Source of the DNA: an uncultured bacterium
GTDB taxonomy: Bacteria > Myxococcota_A > UBA796 > CAJQPC01
Length of the DNA: 64,000 bases
NCBI GenBank assembly: GCA_905480105.1
Contig: CAJQPC010000145.1
Location: forward strand, 7,234-71,233
Reading direction: 5' to 3'
In this document: one piece after another, positions 8,109-16,636 of the stretch
How positions within the stretch are numbered: the stretch's first letter is position 1
How the letters are laid out: each line of letters starts with the position of its first letter
Translations under genes and position numbers: made by a program
The notes under the pieces: model-generated
The model's input: only the letters and a program-made list of their open reading frames with translations
Told to the model about the DNA's origin: nothing
Databases searched by the model: none

Positions 8109-10426
8109 TAGTAGCTGACCTCGATCCCGAGGGTGGGTAGCAGGGGGAGATGGGCCAAGGTCTGCAGCTCGCTGTAGTCGTAGTTGTAGGTCGCCAAGAT
8201 CGGGTTTTGCCGCCAGGTGGTGTTGTACACATCCAGATAGGCCGTCCAGTCGGTGTGGCGGCGCTGCCAGGTTTTCTGGGCCCGAATATCTAAGCGGAAG
8301 TAGGCCGGATAGCGGTCCGAGTTGAGCTCGCCGCGCAGCTCGGCGAAGTACTGATCCTGGGGTACGTAAACGCCGAAGATGGGGGTGAAGGGTTGCCCGG
8401 AGGTGGCGGACATGCGGCCGGAGATCTCCCAGTTTCGGGGCAGGTCGTATGCACCGACCACCGACAAGGACAGGGGCTGGTCGTAGTCGCCAGGGAAGCG
8501 CCGCCCGGAGTCATCGATGCGCCAAGCACGGGCGTAGGTGAAGGAGACCCAGCCCCACCAGTTGGACTGCAGGGGTTTCATGCGAAGCAGCACTTCGGCG
8601 CCGTAGGAGCGGCCAGTCACGTCTAAAAACTCGGGGTTCAGCTCGGAGACTGCGGTGCCGCCGTCGTTGTACACGTCGATGACCAGGTCGCGAACGACCA
8701 GATTGTCCATCAAGCCCAGGAAGATCGCGCTGTCCAATGAGAAACCGTAAGGCAGGTCACCCTCGGCACCGATGCTGGCCTGCCACGCGGTCATGATGGG
8801 CAGGTCGGGGTTGCCGATTCCTTGAGCGTAGCGCTCGATGGGAGGCATTTGGGAGTAGCGGCCCAAGGCACCCTTCACGTACCAGTTGTCAGCGACCGAG
8901 CGGCGAATGGTAAAGCGAGGTTCAGGTTGCAAACTTGTTTTGCCGTTGTAGGCATATGCGGCACCGCGCATGCCTGGGGCCACATACCAGTCGCCAAATT
9001 TGAACTGGCCCTCTACCCAAGTGGAGAAGGTGGCTTGGTCGTCGGTGGTCGTGGCGACATTGGCTGTGGGGTCGTCAAAGACATCCTGAAAGTCCATTGC
9101 CGTGACCGGGCGCAGGGTCAGCTGAAAGCCATGAACAATCGCAGATCCCTTCTCCAAGACAGGCCCCTCCAGTGCCCAACGGTCGTCCCGCCGTACGATA
9201 GTGCTCACCCCGGTTACCCGGCCTCGGTAGGGGCCTTGACGGGAGAGCCACCACGCTCCCAAGAGGTTCTGCTGCTGCTCGGGTCCGGAGCTGATCCAGG
9301 TGCTGTGGTCGTGCACGGGGCCGTCGTGATCCCAGCGCACGCGTGCCCTTAGGTAGTAGTTGTCGATCCAGTCCGGTGGGTTGTAGGGCAGGTCCTGATC
9401 CTCCCAGGCGTAGGGATCCGGCTCGCCATCGCCATCGGCGTCGAACTTCGCCTCTCGGTAGACCAGTTTGTCCCTGGAGTACATGGCCATGACGCTGACC
9501 ATGTCGGTGGGGGTGGCCTTCCAGCGCACATCGGCAAATGCGTCGGAGTACTTGGGCGCGATGTAGGTGGCTTGGTAGGGCTCACCGCCGTTGCGCTTTA
9601 CCGCGATGGCCGAACCGGCCCAGATAAAGGCGCTCGCCCAGCTTTTTCGGCCGGCCACGCGTACCGTTAGATCCGGCGTGATGCGGTGTTCAAAGCTCAG
9701 AGAGCCGTCCAAGAAGTCCATGGTCAGGCTGGCGTGGGTGGCGCCCACAGGCTCGGTGTCCGTGCGAACGTTGACCGCCGCCTGGGTGACCTCGCCGTAT
9801 CGGGAAGGCATGCCGCCTGGAAAGAACTCGATGTCGTCGATGAACCCGGGGATCACGACGCTCCTGCCCACCAAGGTGTGGAACATGTAGGGAACGGGCA
9901 TGCCGTCGACGTAGTAGCCGGTGTTGATTCCCTCTGCCCCGCGGACCACAATGCTGCCCTCCGCGATGTTGGGGCGGGCCACGCCTGGCAGGGTCTGGAT
10001 GGCCTTGACCGGGTCTCCAAAGGTGCCTGGAACAGACTTAAGCTCATCGATGCTCACGACGGTACGGCTGACCTCGTCCCCGATAGTTTCGCTCACGATG
10101 GTCATGCTGGCCGATGCCGGGGGACGGAGACGAACCCGGATGCGGTTGGCTCCCGATTCGAGCTGTTCCTGGATGGAGAGCAGTTCGTAGTCCGGGTGTA
10201 TGGCCCGGATGGTCACGTTCCCCGGCACGCAGGTCAGCTGCAAGCGGCCGGTGACATCCGAGGTGCTCGAGTTGACTACTTTGTCTCCTCGCAGACAGGT
10301 GATCTCGGCGCCCGAGATTGGGGCTCCGGTCTCATAGTCGCTCACGTCGATCTGGAGTTCGGCCCGATAGGGGTCGTTCTGGGCAGCTACTGGAGCTGTC
10401 AGCAAAGCGAAGAGGATGGGGGACAT
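8108..10426 (-). CDS. TonB-dependent receptor-like outer-membrane protein with carboxypeptidase-regulatory-like N-domain (Oar-like)
   Basis: Signal MSPILFALLTAPVAAQ. Plug-like segment SIDELKSVPGTFGDPVKAIQTLPGVAR...VVRGAEGINTGYYVDGMPVP. Long beta-rich region. Aromatic C-terminus ...LGIEVSY. Confidence 0.8.
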   Translation of the reverse strand: MSPILFALLTAPVAAQNDPYRAELQIDVSDYETGAPISGAEITCLRGDKVVNSSTSDVTGRLQLTCVPGNVTIRAIHPDYELLSIQEQLESGANRIRVRLRPPASASMTIVSETIGDEVSRTVVSIDELKSVPGTFGDPVKAIQTLPGVARPNIAEGSIVVRGAEGINTGYYVDGMPVPYMFHTLVGRSVVIPGFIDDIEFFPGGMPSRYGEVTQAAVNVRTDTEPVGATHASLTMDFLDGSLSFEHRITPDLTVRVAGRKSWASAFIWAGSAIAVKRNGGEPYQATYIAPKYSDAFADVRWKATPTDMVSVMAMYSRDKLVYREAKFDADGDGEPDPYAWEDQDLPYNPPDWIDNYYLRARVRWDHDGPVHDHSTWISSGPEQQQNLLGAWWLSRQGPYRGRVTGVSTIVRRDDRWALEGPVLEKGSAIVHGFQLTLRPVTAMDFQDVFDDPTANVATTTDDQATFSTWVEGQFKFGDWYVAPGMRGAAYAYNGKTSLQPEPRFTIRRSVADNWYVKGALGRYSQMPPIERYAQGIGNPDLPIMTAWQASIGAEGDLPYGFSLDSAIFLGLMDNLVVRDLVIDVYNDGGTAVSELNPEFLDVTGRSYGAEVLLRMKPLQSNWWGWVSFTYARAWRIDDSGRRFPGDYDQPLSLSVVGAYDLPRNWEISGRMSATSGQPFTPIFGVYVPQDQYFAELRGELNSDRYPAYFRLDIRAQKTWQRRHTDWTAYLDVYNTTWRQNPILATYNYDYSELQTLAHLPLLPTLGIEVSY

Positions 10427-10552
10427 GGTCCTGTTGTATCGAGAACAGGCCCGGGGTCGGCGTTAAAAAGTCACCCGTGTGGGCACGTCGGTCTGAACCA
10501 CCTGACTGGAAGGCGATGTTGGGATATCGGTCGGCAGAGTCGGAGCGTGTTT

Positions 10553-11284
10553 ATGGACATCAAGCCCAAAGTGACCGTTGGCCCCAGCCCCAAGTCGGCC
10601 CCAATCGGCGCGAGCGTCGACATCGGCCAGGCCTTTTCCTATCTGACTGCAGATCCGCAGTGGATGAGCAAAGTGGTGGTCATCGGTTTGGTCAGCTTGG
10701 TGCCCGTCGTTGGCTACGTGGTGCTGTTGGGCTGGATGCGCGAGGTATTTGAGCGCGCCAAAAAAGGGCAGAGGGAGCTACCGGGGCTGGATTTTGGGAG
10801 CCAACTGAGCAAGGGCTTCGCGCCCTTGGTGGCACTGGCTGGCCCGATGCTCATCATCGTGTTTGTCATGTTTATTTTGCAGCTGCTCCTCCTTGCTTTC
10901 GGGATTTTCGCAGGGGCCCTTGCGGACACGAACATAGCGGCCATCGTGAACATTTTTGGGGGGGTGCTGGCCATGCTGGGCATGTTGGGTGCGGCTGTTA
11001 TGATGTTCGTCCTGACCCTGGTCATGCCAGAGTTGCTGCGGCGCGGGATGCGGGGCGAGATGATGCCTATCCTGAGCCCCAGGGCATCCATCGTGGCCGT
11101 CAAGAACAATGCATCGGGCTACATGATGTTGTTCGTGGGCGGCTTTGTCTTTAATATGATCAGCCAGCTGGGCGTGTTCTTGTGCTTTCTGGGAGTATTT
11201 CTGACCATGCCCCTGGCCTTGGTGGGTATGAGCCACCTCTTGGCCCAGTGGGACCGCTTGGTCGGTGATCCTCAGGCTGCCTGA
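10553..11284 (+). CDS. multi-pass membrane protein (DUF4013-like)
   Basis: In-frame ATG at 10553 (MDIKPKV...) within ORF 9686..11284; the upstream part is antisense to the receptor gene. Motif VVIGLVSLVPVVGYVVLLGW plus several hydrophobic helices. Confidence 0.5.
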   Translation: MDIKPKVTVGPSPKSAPIGASVDIGQAFSYLTADPQWMSKVVVIGLVSLVPVVGYVVLLGWMREVFERAKKGQRELPGLDFGSQLSKGFAPLVALAGPMLIIVFVMFILQLLLLAFGIFAGALADTNIAAIVNIFGGVLAMLGMLGAAVMMFVLTLVMPELLRRGMRGEMMPILSPRASIVAVKNNASGYMMLFVGGFVFNMISQLGVFLCFLGVFLTMPLALVGMSHLLAQWDRLVGDPQAA

Positions 11285-11397
11285 CCGAGGGTGTAAGAAC
11301 CACGGTGGGCAAAGCACAGTCTGACTCTGGGAGGCACTGCATTGAATGTTCCTGGAGGCGATTACGTCTCTGTCGTAGAGTCAGCTTGGAGGTTCCG

Positions 11398-11913
11398 ATG
11401 TTGTCACTTGTCGCCCTGCTGGCCACGCCCCTGTTGCCGCTGAATTGGACCGCCACGGAGACGGCTAAGATCTACACAGGGACCTATGTGGTCGCCCTGA
11501 GTCGATCGGTCGTTCGCAGCTCCCTGGACAAGAAGGCGGCCGAGGCTGCAGAGAGCTTCCCCTTCTACGCCAAGGGCCTGGCCGAGGGTCGTTTGGTACA
11601 GGCGATGACCTTTTGCGAGACCTACCAGGTCGACCTGCAGGCCGACTCTTGGTCCAACAAGTGCGACGCACTTCCCGTTCTTGAACGACCCATCGACCGC
11701 TCAGTGACCAGCTGGCAAGGCAAGGGCGACCCGGTCAAGACCCGCATCTCTCGCAGGGGCGACACGGTGACCTTGGTCTTGGCTACCGAGAGCGGCAATC
11801 GGGTGAACACCTTTGCGTTCAAGCCCGACGGCACGATGCTGCTGACCGTCTCTCTGACCAGCGATAGCCTGGAAGAGCCGGTGGTCTGGACCGTGCCCTA
11901 CAAGTTGCAGTAG
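11398..11913 (+). CDS. hypothetical secreted protein
   Basis: In-frame ATG at 11398 gives the signal-like MLSLVALLATPLLPL. No family recognised. Confidence 0.5.
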   Translation: MLSLVALLATPLLPLNWTATETAKIYTGTYVVALSRSVVRSSLDKKAAEAAESFPFYAKGLAEGRLVQAMTFCETYQVDLQADSWSNKCDALPVLERPIDRSVTSWQGKGDPVKTRISRRGDTVTLVLATESGNRVNTFAFKPDGTMLLTVSLTSDSLEEPVVWTVPYKLQ

Positions 11914-11916
11914 GCG

Positions 11917-13014
11917 CTACTCCGCCAGCTCTAACTGCAGCACCCGCATAAAGTCTTGGGCGTTGGTGACCACGCCAAAGGCTTGGTGGGTGCCGCGGTC
12001 CTTGAGCTTGGAGACCAGAAACTCGGTCTGGTCGACCACGATGGTGGCCAGCTCGTCAATCTCCCCGTTTGGGCGGGTGCAGAAGGTGGCCAGCATGTTG
12101 CCCACCGCGATGGCATGCAGGGCCGTGGCGACCATCACGACCATCGTCGCTTGCACGGTCTGCTCGCGCATCGCGCTCTGGGAGGCGCCCGCATCGGTGA
12201 TGGTCTCGGGCAGTGGGCCGTCGTCCCGGATGCTGCCACAGATCACATAGGGCACGCCGCTGTCCACGCAGGCCTTCATGATGCCGCTTTCGACCTGACC
12301 GCTCTTGCAGATCGCGTCGATGCCACCTGCATGTTTGACGGCGTTGATGGCTTTCATGTGCAAGTTGTGGCCGCCCGCGGCGGGACTGCCGTCGCTGTAC
12401 ATGCCCAGGGTGCTGCCGAAGAGTGCCATCTCGATATCGTGCACGGGCACCGCATTGCCTGTGAGCAGGGCGTGGCAATAGCCGTTGCGGATCAGCCAAT
12501 CCATGGCAGTGCGGCCTCGGGAGTGGACCAATGCAGGACCAATAACCCAGATAATATGACCTTTATCTCCTCGGTTATTCCTGAAAGCGGCCAAGAGCCC
12601 TTCGTAGTCCACCGGTTTTTCTCGACTCACGTCCGAAGACATGAAGGAGAAGGCCTCTTCGTGGTGCGTTCCATCACTCGGGGCATGGAATCCTTTGTCC
12701 CAGACATAAACGCCCTCGCTGCCATCTTCGGCCGCTGCGATGGCCACCAGATCGCCCTTAGAGATGTTCCGGAACTCCCGAACCATCAGCCGATCCGTTG
12801 CTTTGTCCCAGACAATATGGGAGTCCATGCGCGGGTCCTCGGGCATTCTCCAGGCACCGCCAGCCCGCACATAGGTCGGGAAGTTGGTTGTGCATAAAAA
12901 GCCCTTGGGCAGCAGAGCATCGGCTGGTGCAGCCTCGAAGTGGCAGTCGGGTGCGTCGGTGAGGCCCAGAGTGGCAAAATCAGGGGGGCTGTAGGTGGCC
13001 AATTTTCGCTCCAA
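11917..13014 (-). CDS. LOR/SDH-conserved-region (TIGR00300 / archaeal-type ornithine cyclodeaminase-like) protein
   Basis: 365-aa ORF with TTG start. Segment HIIWVIGPALVHSRGR...LLTGNAVPVHDIEMALFGSTLGM resembles this family from memory. Not verified. Confidence 0.4.
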   Translation of the reverse strand: MERKLATYSPPDFATLGLTDAPDCHFEAAPADALLPKGFLCTTNFPTYVRAGGAWRMPEDPRMDSHIVWDKATDRLMVREFRNISKGDLVAIAAAEDGSEGVYVWDKGFHAPSDGTHHEEAFSFMSSDVSREKPVDYEGLLAAFRNNRGDKGHIIWVIGPALVHSRGRTAMDWLIRNGYCHALLTGNAVPVHDIEMALFGSTLGMYSDGSPAAGGHNLHMKAINAVKHAGGIDAICKSGQVESGIMKACVDSGVPYVICGSIRDDGPLPETITDAGASQSAMREQTVQATMVVMVATALHAIAVGNMLATFCTRPNGEIDELATIVVDQTEFLVSKLKDRGTHQAFGVVTNAQDFMRVLQLELAE

Positions 13015-13441
13015 GGTGCGCCCCGAAGTGTACTGGAAGATTGAGCGCGGGCTGTGGGAAAGACCGTCAGGGAGCGTCTGTGTCCGAGTCCTCTTTTCGG
13101 ACAGAATAGGCGGACGGGACTTGGGTCAGAAACAGTCTGGGGTCAGCATTCCTGGCTACAGCCCCGGTCGGAGCGAAGGACAGGGTCAAGCGCAGTCGCT
13201 CACGGTTCAACGCACCGCCTTGGACTGCGGCCGAAGGCGTGCTGCTGAGCTGCGCTGCGCGCCAGAGTGGCTTGGTACGCAGCGGCGAGTTCTTTGCATA
13301 CCAGCACGAACACCGGGTTCCGGACGTTGTGGTTCGGGGCGCCAGGTTCGGTGTGGTCCGTGCTGGTGTGATCTTGTGGCGGCGTGGCTACCCCAAGGTC
13401 CCGGTGTGGGATCCCTGGCCGGGGTGTGCGTCACCTGCTCC

Positions 13442-13684
13442 ATGGCGCTGAGCAAGTTGCCCGGAACGGTCGTACACGAGCTGGACGCTCTGGGGCTGTT
13501 GGCCGCTGTTTGCCTAACCCCCGTTTTGGGTGACAGCCCCCTGGCGGCCAAAAAGCTTCGCAAAGGGCGCCTGATGGCGTACCCCTGCGGCGCAAATGAG
13601 CTACGGATCTACGCAACCTTATCCATCTCCACCGATGGGCCCGATTGGGCCATCGGACATCTGAACCTGGTGATCTGGACATGA
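13442..13684 (+). CDS. small hypothetical protein (80 aa), translationally coupled to the downstream gene
   Basis: ATG at 13442. C-terminal ...ELRIYATLSISTDGPDWAIGHLNLVIWT. Stop overlaps the downstream ATG (ATGA at 13681-13684). The upstream part of ORF 12995..13684 looks non-coding. Confidence 0.3.
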   Translation: MALSKLPGTVVHELDALGLLAAVCLTPVLGDSPLAAKKLRKGRLMAYPCGANELRIYATLSISTDGPDWAIGHLNLVIWT

Positions 13685-14454
13685 CGACCACACCCTCTGG
13701 CAAGTCCTTCCCTTGGCGCCTGCGTCTCTTTCACGAGGGCTTTGCCAGTATCCGTGCAGAGTGGGCCGGGCGTACTTTTCGCTTTGATCCTGTCGAGCCG
13801 GTGGAAGAAGAGGATCAGGTCGTCCTGACTTGGCACCAGCCCGAGCATACCGGTGTCCTGATGGCGGCCCTCAAGAGCGGCAGCCGGGTCCGGGTTTTGG
13901 CCGACGCCGCGCTGCACCCTTGGCTGCAGGAAGCTGGCAGCCCACAGCTGAGCGCCCCCGGCGGGTATGTGGACAAAGAGATTCTGGTCGAGGCCATGGC
14001 CTATGCTCCTCGCCAGATCAATGAGAACCTGGCCAAAGCAAGTGCCGCTCTCATGAATCCCAGCCAGGCCGCCCGCCACTTCCTAAACCGGACACGGCAG
14101 CCCGAATCGGAGCCACAGGTCATCCAGATCACCTTCCCCGATGGTGGCCGACTCTTGCACTTGGGCTGCTCTCTGCACCGAGGAACCGACGCGGAGTGGC
14201 TGCGTCGGGCTCAAGAGCACTTTGGTGCGGCCGACTGGATCATCGTGGGCATGGAGCCAGGAGAAGAGGCGGCCGTCTCCGAGATGATCACCGCGTTCGA
14301 GGGCAAGTTCGTGCACATCACCGACTTGGTCAACGAGAAACGGTCCGAGCTGGGCTTGCCGGTGAACATCCTGACCTTGCCTGTGGATGCGCTCCGGGAT
14401 GCCGGCGTGGAGGCATTCCCCTTCGTGTCGGGTGCGGGCTACCGCTACGAGTAG
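13681..14454 (+). CDS. hypothetical protein, possibly degenerate metallo-beta-lactamase fold
   Basis: MTTTPSGKSF... start at 13681. FDPVEPVEEEDQVVLTWHQPEHTG resembles the MBL ...THxHxDH region, but with HQPEH. Confidence 0.4.
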   Translation: MTTTPSGKSFPWRLRLFHEGFASIRAEWAGRTFRFDPVEPVEEEDQVVLTWHQPEHTGVLMAALKSGSRVRVLADAALHPWLQEAGSPQLSAPGGYVDKEILVEAMAYAPRQINENLAKASAALMNPSQAARHFLNRTRQPESEPQVIQITFPDGGRLLHLGCSLHRGTDAEWLRRAQEHFGAADWIIVGMEPGEEAAVSEMITAFEGKFVHITDLVNEKRSELGLPVNILTLPVDALRDAGVEAFPFVSGAGYRYE

Positions 14455-14876
14455 CGGGCGCTGGGTTCTCCAGCACCCACGGCATGTCCGGCGCCCCAAA
14501 GATCAGGTTCACCGAATCGGTTCCGTGGTCGATGAGCGTGTTTGCTTTCGTAGGCTGGCGTAGCGGTGAGCAGCGCGTCGCTGCCATTGGCGTGGATGTG
14601 CACCAAAAAGACCAGGTCTTGGCCCAGCCAGGAGCCATTTTGGGCGCCCTTTACTGGAGATGGGGTGCATGTGCGCTCGTACACCCTCGATCAGGCAGAC
14701 TGACCACAGGTGAGGCGTGCGCTCGAAGGCCTCTGGCCGTGTTCAAGACGAGGGACGCATCTGGCCATTCGAGTTGGAAGCACTTGGGGGGGCCCCTGTC
14801 ATCGAGAGAGTCTGGGGCCGCTGGAGATTGGCGTCCCCCACAGGCAAGCCCAATGAGCAGCACGCATGGAGCATGC

Positions 14877-16145
14877 TTAGATTCCGGTGCTCGGTCCTGG
14901 GTTCGGAGTGCAGTCCATCCCTCCCACCGGCAACACCTTTGTCACGCGCTCAGGCGGTCCACTGGCCTCGAAGACCCAGACCATGCTGATGTACGTGGGT
15001 GGGTCGTCTGGCAGGACCTGGGACCAGTGTTGGCAAGCCCAGACCACCATCGGCTCCCTGTAGCGGTTGGTGGGGTCGATCATCTGGGCTCGAATGGCTT
15101 TTCGCCAGCGCATACCGCCGTAGTGTTGGCTGAGGTCTTGTGGCTTGTCCAAGCTCCAGAGCTGACCGCTGAATAGCTCCGTGAGGGGTCGGTTTTCGAA
15201 GCGGCCTTGGAGGAGTAGCCAGCCCTCCAAGCCCATCGGCTGGGGCGCGTACATGTTCCAGTGCTGGGCCAAGTGCACGCGTTGAAGGGCGGCTTCGATC
15301 TTTGGGGTGTGGCTCCAACCCAGGCTGTGCAGGTTGGTCAACGCCAAAATGGCCAGCAGGACCCCGCTGGCGCACCGGTTCAACGGGCCGGGCCGAAGGG
15401 CGGGAAGTCGCTCACCAAAGAGCTGCGCAGGCAGGAGAAGAAACCAGGCGCTCCAAGCCACCAGGGGAAAGATGCCCACGCTTAGGCCCATTGAAAAGCC
15501 GGCGTGGGTCAGGAGCCAAAAAGCGACCAGACCTGCGCGAACGCGCCAGCGAGGGACCAGCAGGAGCAGAGGCGTGGCCAACTCGGCGGCCAGGGTGAAC
15601 CAAGTCAGACCCTGGCAGAGCTGGGGACGCTCCAAGAGCCAGCCGGCCAGGGGACCGGCGTAGTGTTGGATGCGCAGGGCCATGGCCACCGCCTCGCCCG
15701 AGTACCAAGCCCCGGACTTGAGCAGCCCACCTACGCCGTAGAGCGCCATCATTAGGCCCAAGGGAATGGCCGCGGGAAGCCCTTGAAGGCTTTGGGCAGG
15801 CTTGCCCTGGAGGTTCCAGGCCCCGTTCAGTGGAATCAGTGTCGCCAGCAACATCAGCCAGCGCAGCAGAGTGTCGGCCGAGAACAGAACTTGGGGATTC
15901 CTGGCATGCAGGCTCCACAAGAGCAGCGCGAGTAGGCCGGCCATCCAACGGCTCTTCCAGCCCAAGATCAGGGTGATCGACGCCCCCGCTGCCAGGCCAA
16001 AGAGCAGTGCCTGCCAGGCGATTCCTCCGGACCAGAAGTGCGGCCAGAAGGAGGAAGCCAGCATGGCCCGCGGCAAGATCCCCACGTCCGTGTAGTGGGC
16101 TTGGAGATCGACTGCTCGGGACCCCAGGTCCGCCAGCGAGGTCAC
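14877..16145 (-). CDS. HTTM-domain (vitamin K-dependent gamma-carboxylase-like / SdpB-like) membrane protein; true start probably upstream of 16145
   Basis: Multi-TM protein with an HWNMYAPQP motif. The conserved HTTM N-terminal motif LDARAIALFRIGLG is encoded in frame at 16146-16190, upstream of the first canonical start (GTG at 16145). Confidence 0.7.
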   Translation of the reverse strand: MTSLADLGSRAVDLQAHYTDVGILPRAMLASSFWPHFWSGGIAWQALLFGLAAGASITLILGWKSRWMAGLLALLLWSLHARNPQVLFSADTLLRWLMLLATLIPLNGAWNLQGKPAQSLQGLPAAIPLGLMMALYGVGGLLKSGAWYSGEAVAMALRIQHYAGPLAGWLLERPQLCQGLTWFTLAAELATPLLLLVPRWRVRAGLVAFWLLTHAGFSMGLSVGIFPLVAWSAWFLLLPAQLFGERLPALRPGPLNRCASGVLLAILALTNLHSLGWSHTPKIEAALQRVHLAQHWNMYAPQPMGLEGWLLLQGRFENRPLTELFSGQLWSLDKPQDLSQHYGGMRWRKAIRAQMIDPTNRYREPMVVWACQHWSQVLPDDPPTYISMVWVFEASGPPERVTKVLPVGGMDCTPNPGPSTGI

Positions 16146-16636
16146 CCCAAGCCCAATCCGAAACAGGGCTATCGCGCGTGCGTCCAGGTGGAGCAGACGC
16201 GCCAGCCCCTTGGTGCTCAGGAGTCACCCCGGGCGGAGAAGGGGGTTGAGCTGCCCAGGGGGCTTAGGATGGGGTCCATTGGCCTAAGATTAGCGAGGCG
16301 ATGGACCTTCTACAAGCCAAGCTGCCGTGCTGCGCTGCCCGCCGGGCACTCAGGTCGGGTGTTTCATCTGGCCCAGTACGGGGCACACAGGCCCTTGGCA
16401 GCTCGGTCAGGGGGCGGCCCAGGCGGAATTGGCTTGGGCGATCGCTTGAGTCGCGCTGCCCGGCAGAGCTCCGCTGAACTGACTCCCGTTGTTTAGGGTG
16501 GAACGGGTCTTGAGAGGACCGATGTCTTCGCGCAACACGCTTGCTACTGGCCTTTTTCCAAGTTGCTTTGGTTTTGCTTTTGTGTCGTCCGTTCCACTCT
16601 TGCCCGTGCAGGCTGGCCTTGGGTTAGCCTTGCCAC

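Noticed and set aside
9686-10552. N-terminal 289 codons of ORF 9686..11284 (+).
   Set aside because: This part is antisense to the TonB-dependent receptor gene and looks non-protein-like. A plausible start (ATG 10553) begins the membrane protein just after the receptor gene.
13015-13441. RNase P RNA, tmRNA, tRNA or SRP RNA in the long spacer.
   Set aside because: I could not find the universal motifs by eye: GGAAAGUCCGG and ACAGAACCCGGCUUA for RNase P, GGGGCUGA...UCCACCA for tmRNA, or a T-loop GGTTCGAATCC. This needs an Rfam scan to be certain.
12995-13441. Full 229-aa ORF 12995..13684 (+) as a real gene.
   Set aside because: The N-terminal 150 residues are Arg/Gly/Cys-rich and non-protein-like. 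Only the last about 80 codons look coding.
15412-16227. 271-aa ORF (-) overlapping the HTTM gene in another frame and starting at 16227, considered as a way to supply the missing HTTM start.
   Set aside because: Its translation is Arg/Pro/Gly-rich and does not join the HTTM frame without an undetected frameshift. It is kept only as context for the HTTM start problem.
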